This document shows, piece by piece, positions 40,642 through 47,830 of a DNA stretch of 64,000 bases. Below the pieces are notes generated by a model that was given only the letters and a program-made list of their open reading frames with translations, made no database searches and was not told where the DNA came from. The DNA comes from an uncultured Rhabdochlamydiaceae bacterium (lineage in GTDB: Bacteria; Chlamydiota; Chlamydiia; Chlamydiales; Rhabdochlamydiaceae). Each line of letters begins with the position of its first letter. The first letter of the stretch is position 1. A program made the position numbers and the translations under genes. The DNA is taken from the NCBI GenBank assembly GCA_963712275.1, contig CAVQHD010000001.1, forward strand, positions 160,001-224,000, written 5' to 3'.

Positions 40642-42639
40642 CTATTCTTCAAGATCGGATAAATTAAGTACTGTGTCTTTGCCTCTCTTTCCACGGTAAT
40701 TGACAGATAGCTTTTTAAGTCCCTGCTCCTTCATCGTTTTGAGCGCTTGATCAAGTTCTTGCCTATCTAGTTTTGAAAATTCACCTAAAATGGATAACTC
40801 TTCAATCTGTAACCCTTGCAAGCAAGCTCCTGTGATTTGTAGGTCGCTAAGAAAAAGCCTTTCCAAACTGCGGCCAAGCAATGCCTGCTTAAAGAGATCT
40901 TCTTTAATACCTTGAACCCGATGAATCCTGAGTGTTTTTAGGTGGAGCCCTTGCAAACAACTTCCTGTCATCCTGACACACTCGATTGAAAGACTCTTCA
41001 AAGTCGCTCTAATACTAGATAGAGCCTTTCCTAAATCATTTTCATTACAAGAGCTTCCCAACCTAAGACATAACGTCTCTATAGGCAATCCTTCAAATGT
41101 ATCTGGTAAGATTCCGCAATCCAGCACTTCTACAGATAATCTCTGCAAGCATGTTTGCGTCTTCAATACTTCTCTCAACTTTCCAGCTTGAACTTCAGAA
41201 CGCTCGGCGACTATTTTTATCTCTTTTAGTTGCAACCCCTCCAATGACACGTCATTCAGTGGATCTTCTTCCCTTTCTTCGAAGCCGCGAGTTTTGAGCA
41301 AATAAACTTTTTCCAAGCAGGGTGTCATTTTGACCACCTCTGTCAGAGTTTTTCCCTGAACATTTTCTATGAAAAGCTCTTCCAGCTCTAACGATCCAAA
41401 GTACTTTTCCATCGAATCCACTGGGGGAAACCATTTTTCTGCAATAAATCGAAGCTTTTTGATCTGCAGCCCCTTCATACACTGTTTATATTCCCATAGA
41501 TCACCATACCCTCCCTCAAGGATCAACTCCGGAATCTTTCCTTTCATATAACTTAGGAGCTGCTTAACTTTGCCCGAATAAAGAGCTTTAAAGTCAGGAT
41601 CCTGGCTTTCTCTCAGAGAAATCGTAAGTGTCTCAACTCCTCCCTCCTTCAAAAGACTGGAAAGTGCTTTTCCTGCAACCTGACTATCATCGCTCTCTCC
41701 TAAGAGCAGCCTGAGGTGATCGATTGTGGCTTCAGGGAGTTGAGTAGCTATGCGAGCTAATTGATCTGGCGTGACGGACCTCCCCAGCTCACACCCCAGC
41801 CGTTTTGTTGAGAGATACAGCGCCTGCCCGCGGTATTTAGGGCAAAAGATGCCAAAAAATTGAACGATTTTAGCAATATCAAAACCTCGTCTTGCAAAAG
41901 CCTTCGATAGGCAAGGTTTCTTCTTGGGAAAAAAAACCAAGCAGTCTTGATGATAAAGTAAATCTTTCCATGCCTTGCATACTGAAGCAAAAGCATGAAA
42001 GTCTGTAAAATCGTCTGCAGAATGAAGAATTCGCAAAAATATCTCTTTTCTCCAAAGCTCCTCGGGAACAATGCTCCAATGCTGTTCTTGATTTTTTGGA
42101 ATGCCGTTTTGGGTCTCTTCCTTTTGTTCCTCCTCTGTATTCAAGACGGCGGGTGGTAAAGAAGGCTCCTTAGGTGGAACTAATGGAACGCCTGTTGTTT
42201 TGTGCCTGACAAGCGATATCTTAAATGGATGAAACGAAATGTCGATTTTAAAAAGAGAAATCAATGCTTCTCCTCCTAGAATCACCCCTATTCCAACAAC
42301 AGCTGCAACTGAATAAGGAAGCTGCTCGCTGAGACGGAATTTAAATGCGCGAGGATAGGGACTATTTAAGACAATTCGAAGATAGGGAGACAAAGCGTAG
42401 AGAATCGCTGCGCCTCCGATGACAATTTGTCTTTGCCGTAGAGGAAGAGATTTTGCAAACAGATAGGCTTTGGGAACCCAAGAAGGGGGCGTTTTAAATG
42501 TGTGCTGGACATATCGAGACAAAGCAAAGCCGGCAGCTGCAGCAACAGCCCCCCCTATTAAGATCTTTTTGATTGGAAAAAGAGGGAAATACTGAGCAGT
42601 TACCGACTCAAGCGGCAGGAAAAGGGTATGAGTCGCCAT
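40642..42639 (-). CDS. F-box plus leucine-rich-repeat protein with N-terminal TM segments (putative effector)
   Basis: F-box-like VPEELWRKEIF...FASVCKAWKDL; repeated GLxLxxLxI units; hydrophobic N-terminus. Confidence 0.8.
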   Translation of the reverse strand: MATHTLFLPLESVTAQYFPLFPIKKILIGGAVAAAAGFALSRYVQHTFKTPPSWVPKAYLFAKSLPLRQRQIVIGGAAILYALSPYLRIVLNSPYPRAFKFRLSEQLPYSVAAVVGIGVILGGEALISLFKIDISFHPFKISLVRHKTTGVPLVPPKEPSLPPAVLNTEEEQKEETQNGIPKNQEQHWSIVPEELWRKEIFLRILHSADDFTDFHAFASVCKAWKDLLYHQDCLVFFPKKKPCLSKAFARRGFDIAKIVQFFGIFCPKYRGQALYLSTKRLGCELGRSVTPDQLARIATQLPEATIDHLRLLLGESDDSQVAGKALSSLLKEGGVETLTISLRESQDPDFKALYSGKVKQLLSYMKGKIPELILEGGYGDLWEYKQCMKGLQIKKLRFIAEKWFPPVDSMEKYFGSLELEELFIENVQGKTLTEVVKMTPCLEKVYLLKTRGFEEREEDPLNDVSLEGLQLKEIKIVAERSEVQAGKLREVLKTQTCLQRLSVEVLDCGILPDTFEGLPIETLCLRLGSSCNENDLGKALSSIRATLKSLSIECVRMTGSCLQGLHLKTLRIHRVQGIKEDLFKQALLGRSLERLFLSDLQITGACLQGLQIEELSILGEFSKLDRQELDQALKTMKEQGLKKLSVNYRGKRGKDTVLNLSDLEE

Positions 42640-42643
42640 AAAA

Positions 42644-43762
42644 TTACGCGTTAGGTAGAAATGCTTGTATTTTTCGATTTCTCAAAGAGAGATCAGGAGC
42701 TCTTTTAAAATACTCATAAAATAATCTTCGGAATCGACTTGCTAAAACAGCCTTCCATTCCTTGTTATTCCAGCTCTCTTCTTTGCTAAAGTCAGTCTTT
42801 TCATATATTTCTTCTATCAGTTTTGTTTCTTCTGAGCTTTCTTTCATGCTTATTTTACACTCAAAACGAAGAAACTCTATCCACTCTTTATCTTCTTTAA
42901 CCCCCATCTTACAAGCTTCCTCAGCAATCTTTTTGGCATTTGTGATTTGCTCCTTAAATTTACCCTCCTCTTTCGTTGCGTCTGATATCCTGAATGAAGC
43001 AACCGCTTTTTCATAGAGAAAGATCACCCGTTTGTGAATGACCATGGTTGTCGCATAGCACTCTTGAACTTGTGAAGGATGAAGATTCGCATGACGCCTT
43101 TTCCCTGCAGCCTCTTTTAATAGATCCAATTCCATGATCGTCTCTTCATCATAAGTCGCATGAACAATGCGCTCGCTTGAAACCGGGCACTGAAATGCCG
43201 AGAGAACATAATCATCTTCATTATAGGTCGTGATAATCTTCTCAGCATTGACATCCAAATGAACCTCTCTCCAGACTTTAAATTTTTCTTTTTTCTCAAG
43301 GCATATTGCAAGCCCTTTCTGAATATGCGACTGAGTGACCTTAAGGCATGAGATTGCTGATGTGAACGAAACCATCATTTTTATCAAAAGCCCCGCATGT
43401 GAATTGTCGCTATTTCCTATTTTCCATAGGTGATGTTGTAATTGATAAGCCGCCAGGCCTCCGACAGCTGAAGCTGTCAGTTCAGTAATCCTAATAACAT
43501 AAGACCTCTCTTTTGCCTCGGTTTGATGATCTTTAAGATACTTCTCATGAATCGCCCATCCATCTTGACTAAAAATCACATAAGATCCTCTTCCCAATTT
43601 TTGCAAGAAAGCCTCTCTCCTTTTTTCTTCAATATCGACAGGCTTTATTCCTGGAAAGAAAGGTCTTATTTCTCCTTCAAGGCGCTTTTTCCAATCTGTG
43701 AAAGGCAAGACGAATGCCGAAAACGATGAATATACAAGTGATGATAACGATGTTAGTGCCAT
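42644..43762 (-). CDS. Hypothetical protein with two hydrophobic segments and a degenerate U-box-like motif
   Basis: VLSAFQCPVSSERIVHA resembles a U-box start; rest of the motif is degenerate. Confidence 0.6.
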   Translation of the reverse strand: MALTSLSSLVYSSFSAFVLPFTDWKKRLEGEIRPFFPGIKPVDIEEKRREAFLQKLGRGSYVIFSQDGWAIHEKYLKDHQTEAKERSYVIRITELTASAVGGLAAYQLQHHLWKIGNSDNSHAGLLIKMMVSFTSAISCLKVTQSHIQKGLAICLEKKEKFKVWREVHLDVNAEKIITTYNEDDYVLSAFQCPVSSERIVHATYDEETIMELDLLKEAAGKRRHANLHPSQVQECYATTMVIHKRVIFLYEKAVASFRISDATKEEGKFKEQITNAKKIAEEACKMGVKEDKEWIEFLRFECKISMKESSEETKLIEEIYEKTDFSKEESWNNKEWKAVLASRFRRLFYEYFKRAPDLSLRNRKIQAFLPNA

Positions 43763-43886
43763 AATAACCTCCCTTGTGAACTTTTAATTAAGAGACTATC
43801 CCCAATAAAAACTCCCTTTTACTTTACTTAAATTCTAATTTTTAGTGGGAAGGCTTTTTTTTAGAGGTCGTTGCAAAACTCGCTTT

Positions 43887-46043
43887 CAGAAAAGATCCCA
43901 GCGATATAAGACCACTCTTTTCCCCTCCCCAACTTGCTGGCCAAGTCACCAAGCGCTCTTTCCAATTTCCAAGGGGCCCAAGGCCCAAGAGCTGTTAGAA
44001 CTTCCGGCGACACCCCACCCCAACGTCCTCATAGTCGCTGCTGTAGTAGTGGTAGACGTTGAGGCCGCCCGCGGCAAAGGCGCCAACAACTAATACCCAT
44101 CCATTCTGCTTGTGATAGAGCTCTTGACACCGCATATAGGTCCATGGACTATCAGGATAAAGCTTTTGGCCTGTATTGACGTGGTGGAGGAATATACAGG
44201 TGGTTGCTTCAAGGATCTTAGGAAGTTCGTAAGCTACCCCAGTTTTTTGAGCGTAGGTTGCGACAAGCTGCTTCTGGTCAGCATAGGTTTTATTGCGGCT
44301 TCCTTCGATGACAGCACGGGTCATGAGAACCCAATACGATTGGATTACAGGTTGGTCTTGATACTCTCCTAAATCAAAAGACCAGTACTTCGTTGCAGGG
44401 CCTTGTTTTGGCTTTGCTGCGAGCTCTCCAAGGATTTTGAGGGTGAAGGGCTGGCCGTTCACGCTTCTGGGGATGAGGACGAGGAGGTGGGTTTCTTCGA
44501 CTTTTTTGCCAAGCCAGAAGGGACAGGGGCTTTGGAGGATTTGGTGGATGTCGGGAGGAAGGGGCGGCTCTGCACCGACATCGCCGAAGTAGGTGGCCCA
44601 TTTGGCTTTTCCAAAGGCGATGAAGGGAAGAGTAGAGGTGATGGGTTTGGGAGTGAAGACAATTGGAGGTGGAGGTTGAAGCGAGGGGCTTGATAGTGGA
44701 GAAGGTGGCGTTTTGTAAGTATGTGACGGCTGGGGTTGGGGCGAGGAAGGTGTTGCACTTCCAGCTGGGGCTTGTGGAGCTTGAATCTGCTGGAGCTTTT
44801 TATGCACAAACGTTCGAACTTTGCCTTGGGTATCGAAGAGTTGGGTGACCCACCGGTAGAACTCTTGGTCTTGAGAAGTTAAGGTTTGGTTGGGATCGAG
44901 GATGATGAGGACTTCCGATTTTTGTTCCAAGACTTGAATAAGGTTGGGGTCTTGCTTCACGATGTCTTTTTCAAGAAGGTCGAGAACATGTTGAAGCAGG
45001 TGGTGAACGGTGGTGGGGTTGAGGGGTTTGGCGGGGTTGGGGAGGAGGTCGGGTTGGAGTTCGACCCAAAACCGGGCGAGGGTTTGGGATTTTTGGAAGA
45101 CGACGATTTCATCCCAGGCGGGGTTTTGGGTGTCGGTGCAGGGGTAGTAGTTGGCGCACATGGGATCGGAGGGGTTGATGGAGATGACGGGGATGTAGTG
45201 GGCGTTGTAGTTTTGGTAGGCGCCAAGGCCTTGTCCGAGTTTTTGCATGTCGCTGGGGGTTTGGGGGTCGTCGGCGACGACGGGGTAGGGTTCTCGGAGG
45301 GAAACCCAGGCGAGGAGGAGGTTGCCGTCGCTGTAGATGTCGGCGGCATATCTAGCGCTGGTGGTGAAGTAGATGCCGCTTCCGAAGAAGCCGACGTCAG
45401 TGCTTTGGGTGTCGTCGGTGTTTTGAAGGAATTGGTGTTTGCCGAAGTAGGTGAAGCCGGTTTGGCAGATGGAGTGGGCAATGGGGGCTTTGGTGCCATG
45501 CCAGAAGGGAAGGACTTTGGTGGAAGTATAGGTATCTTTTCGTTGATTGGATTGTTGGATGGAGAAGGGAGAATAAGGAGCTGCGAGGGTGCGGAAGCGG
45601 TGGATGACTTTTTGTCTTAAGGTGGGGAGGTCTTCTTGGTTCCAACGGGGGGCAAAGTGGGGGCTTTGGGCTTCTTGCTCCATGGTGGGGATGGCGGCTT
45701 CAAATTGGTTGGTGTGGTGGGGGTTGTGGATGCAGTAGGCGCGGGAGATGGAGCGATTGAGGGGTCTTTGGGCTTGGAAGTACTGCTGGATGAAGGCCCA
45801 TTCAGGATCGGCTTGGGTGATTTCACATTTGCGATAAGTGGAAGAGGTGGTTGTTTGGGCTTGAAGTCTTTGAAACAGGGCTTTGCTGATGTGCCAGGGG
45901 GTTTGGGGATTTGGGAGGAGGTTTGCTAGAGGGGGTGGGAGGCTAGTGGGGGTTGCTGAGTGCATACGATTCTCCTTTTGTTGTGACTCGATGGAATCAA
46001 GTGAAAGGAGATATTAGTGAATGGTGAAGATATTTTTCAATAG
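43887..46043 (-). repeat. About 2.15-kb duplicated cassette (promoter, gene, downstream element); other copy about 50693..52849
   Basis: Colinear near-identity at an offset of about 6806; upstream homology ends at TTTTCAATAG in copies A, C and D. Confidence 0.9.
43995..45965 (-). CDS. PARP-like ADP-ribosyltransferase fused to a hypervariable C-terminal domain (copy A)
   Basis: WHGT, GFFGSGIYFT, ARYA, DEIVVF match the PARP H-Y-E layout; Pro-rich linker; tail VVG.F...GLNV...GVGCRRKF. Confidence 0.85.
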   Translation of the reverse strand: MHSATPTSLPPPLANLLPNPQTPWHISKALFQRLQAQTTTSSTYRKCEITQADPEWAFIQQYFQAQRPLNRSISRAYCIHNPHHTNQFEAAIPTMEQEAQSPHFAPRWNQEDLPTLRQKVIHRFRTLAAPYSPFSIQQSNQRKDTYTSTKVLPFWHGTKAPIAHSICQTGFTYFGKHQFLQNTDDTQSTDVGFFGSGIYFTTSARYAADIYSDGNLLLAWVSLREPYPVVADDPQTPSDMQKLGQGLGAYQNYNAHYIPVISINPSDPMCANYYPCTDTQNPAWDEIVVFQKSQTLARFWVELQPDLLPNPAKPLNPTTVHHLLQHVLDLLEKDIVKQDPNLIQVLEQKSEVLIILDPNQTLTSQDQEFYRWVTQLFDTQGKVRTFVHKKLQQIQAPQAPAGSATPSSPQPQPSHTYKTPPSPLSSPSLQPPPPIVFTPKPITSTLPFIAFGKAKWATYFGDVGAEPPLPPDIHQILQSPCPFWLGKKVEETHLLVLIPRSVNGQPFTLKILGELAAKPKQGPATKYWSFDLGEYQDQPVIQSYWVLMTRAVIEGSRNKTYADQKQLVATYAQKTGVAYELPKILEATTCIFLHHVNTGQKLYPDSPWTYMRCQELYHKQNGWVLVVGAFAAGGLNVYHYYSSDYEDVGVGCRRKF

Positions 46044-46059
46044 ATCGGAGTATCCCTCT

Positions 46060-47667
46060 TTATTTCACAAGAGCAGTCGCTTCCTCAATTGCGCCTTCTG
46101 GAGCGTGCTTTTGATGAAGCTGTTCTTGGTGTTCTGTGATATGGCGGTAGTCTTCGACCGTTTTAATGATGTGCGGGCGAACGAAAATCATCACACACCG
46201 CTTTTCCTCATGTTTGCGGGTCTTTCCAAATGCCGCCCCGATGTAGGGAAGCCCTCCAAGACAAGGGAGGCCTGCTTTATGCCGGCTCTTGGCATTTCGC
46301 ATCATTCCACTGAGAACAAGGAAATGTTTATCGGGGACGTGCACATGGGTCATCATATTTGTTTTGGTCGTTTGAATCCCTGACACATGCGAAGAGGAGA
46401 CGCCATTTGCCCCTGTAGAAATCGCCTCTGTGATCTCTTCACTGATATCGAGCGTAATCACATCTCCTTCCCCGAGCTTGGGCGTGATGCTTAAATTGAC
46501 CCCAATATCTCGATATTCGACATTAGCGGTTGTCTGCTGGCTTGATCCTGTTGTTTGGACAATGGATCCTGTGAAAGGGATGTTGTCCCCCACGAAAATC
46601 TTTGAGTTTTTATTATCTTGGGTGATGATTTTTTGATTTAAAACAATCGAACTATTTCCATCGGCCTGAAGAGCAGAAATCAAGGAGCCTAAAGAGAGAA
46701 ATGACTTCCCCTTGTGGAAAATAATATCGCCGATGACCCCCATATCAAACCCGTTTCCCAAAGGAATCTGGCTGGGCCCTAAAGGAGGGCTCACGCCATT
46801 CACCCCCTGAAAATTTAATGCAAAAGGGCCAGGCGATTGAGACGGGGGAAAGTTTCCTGTCCCAAATCCTAGTCCATCTTTATACCGTCCTCCCGCTGCC
46901 CACTGAAGCCCAAAATCAGAGGTGTTGCGAGCGTCTGTTTCAATCACAAGCACTTCAATGAAGACTTGTCGAAGCGCCGTATCTAAACTTTGAAAGAGCT
47001 GCTTCACATTTTTTAACGACTCGTCATCGCCCGAACAAACCAAAGAATTCGTCGCTTTAACCCATTGGACAGATTTGAGAACATTTAAATAACGGGGAGA
47101 TGTTTCAGGCTTTGATGCAAGGTCTACAGCAATCTTTTTAACTGTCTCTTCAATCTCGCCCCCTTCATGGTATTGAAGTTTATACACTAAAAATTGCGGC
47201 TTATTCTCGATCACCACTGCGTGAGGGGAAATCAGCAGTCCTTCTTCATGCGGTTGTTCATGGCTGCCTGCTAGGGGCGGCAACTCTTCTCCTCCCTTGT
47301 GGATCAAAAGATACCCTTCCTCTTGGGAAATCGATAATCCATGAGCTCTTAAAATTTGAACCAAGGCTCGAACAATCTGATCAGCAGAAACCGGTTTACC
47401 AGATGAAAGCGTGATATTAAATTGCAGATCCCGATGATTGAAGATAAAGTTCACATCGGAGATGCGTCTGACAAATTGAACAAACTCGACGACGGGAACA
47501 TCTTGAAAGTTGATGGTATAGTGATTGTCTTTCGTCGGCCCTTCCACCACCTCTGCAAAAAGAGCAGAACATGTCATGCATAAAAAAAGAAAAATATTCC
47601 GGATCATCGTTTGACCTCTTATCGACCGTGTCTCAGGCACTGCCATTGACATTTTATGCAGAAACAA
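46060..47667 (-). CDS. Secretin (short paralog resembling chlamydial SctC/CdsC; type II/III family)
   Basis: YTINFQDV..EFVQFV..IS..NFIF, QVFIEVLVIE, DFGLQW, IFVGDNIPF, YRDIGVNL.ITP, GLPCLGGLPYIGAAF, IFVRPHII. Confidence 0.88.
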   Translation of the reverse strand: MFLHKMSMAVPETRSIRGQTMIRNIFLFLCMTCSALFAEVVEGPTKDNHYTINFQDVPVVEFVQFVRRISDVNFIFNHRDLQFNITLSSGKPVSADQIVRALVQILRAHGLSISQEEGYLLIHKGGEELPPLAGSHEQPHEEGLLISPHAVVIENKPQFLVYKLQYHEGGEIEETVKKIAVDLASKPETSPRYLNVLKSVQWVKATNSLVCSGDDESLKNVKQLFQSLDTALRQVFIEVLVIETDARNTSDFGLQWAAGGRYKDGLGFGTGNFPPSQSPGPFALNFQGVNGVSPPLGPSQIPLGNGFDMGVIGDIIFHKGKSFLSLGSLISALQADGNSSIVLNQKIITQDNKNSKIFVGDNIPFTGSIVQTTGSSQQTTANVEYRDIGVNLSITPKLGEGDVITLDISEEITEAISTGANGVSSSHVSGIQTTKTNMMTHVHVPDKHFLVLSGMMRNAKSRHKAGLPCLGGLPYIGAAFGKTRKHEEKRCVMIFVRPHIIKTVEDYRHITEHQEQLHQKHAPEGAIEEATALVK

Positions 47668-47830
47668 CTTTTCTGAAAAGAGGTTTTTTGCTCCGTAAAG
47701 TGTTTTATTATACTTTCCGGATCAGAAAAGATCCCAGCGATTTAAGACCACCCTTTTCCCCTTCCCAACTTGCTGGCCAAGTTACCAAGCGCTCTTTCCA
47801 ATTTCCAAGGGACCCAAGGCCCAAGGGCTG

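Noticed and set aside
39284..40662. 31-nt direct repeat as attL/attR of an integrative element
   Set aside because: No integrase present; better explained as the 3' ends of two paralogous genes.
43921..43994. Periodic CCAA/TTGG repeats as a CRISPR array
   Set aside because: Units are 4-5 nt with very short gaps, there is no repeat-spacer structure and no cas genes.
44957..45499. Mucin-like Pro/Thr/Ser ORFs (also 51763..52305)
   Set aside because: Alternate-frame by-products of strong third-position C bias in the real genes.
44886..45620. Long + strand Gly/Val-rich ORFs (also 51728..52426)
   Set aside because: Antisense shadows of the C-rich PARP-like genes.
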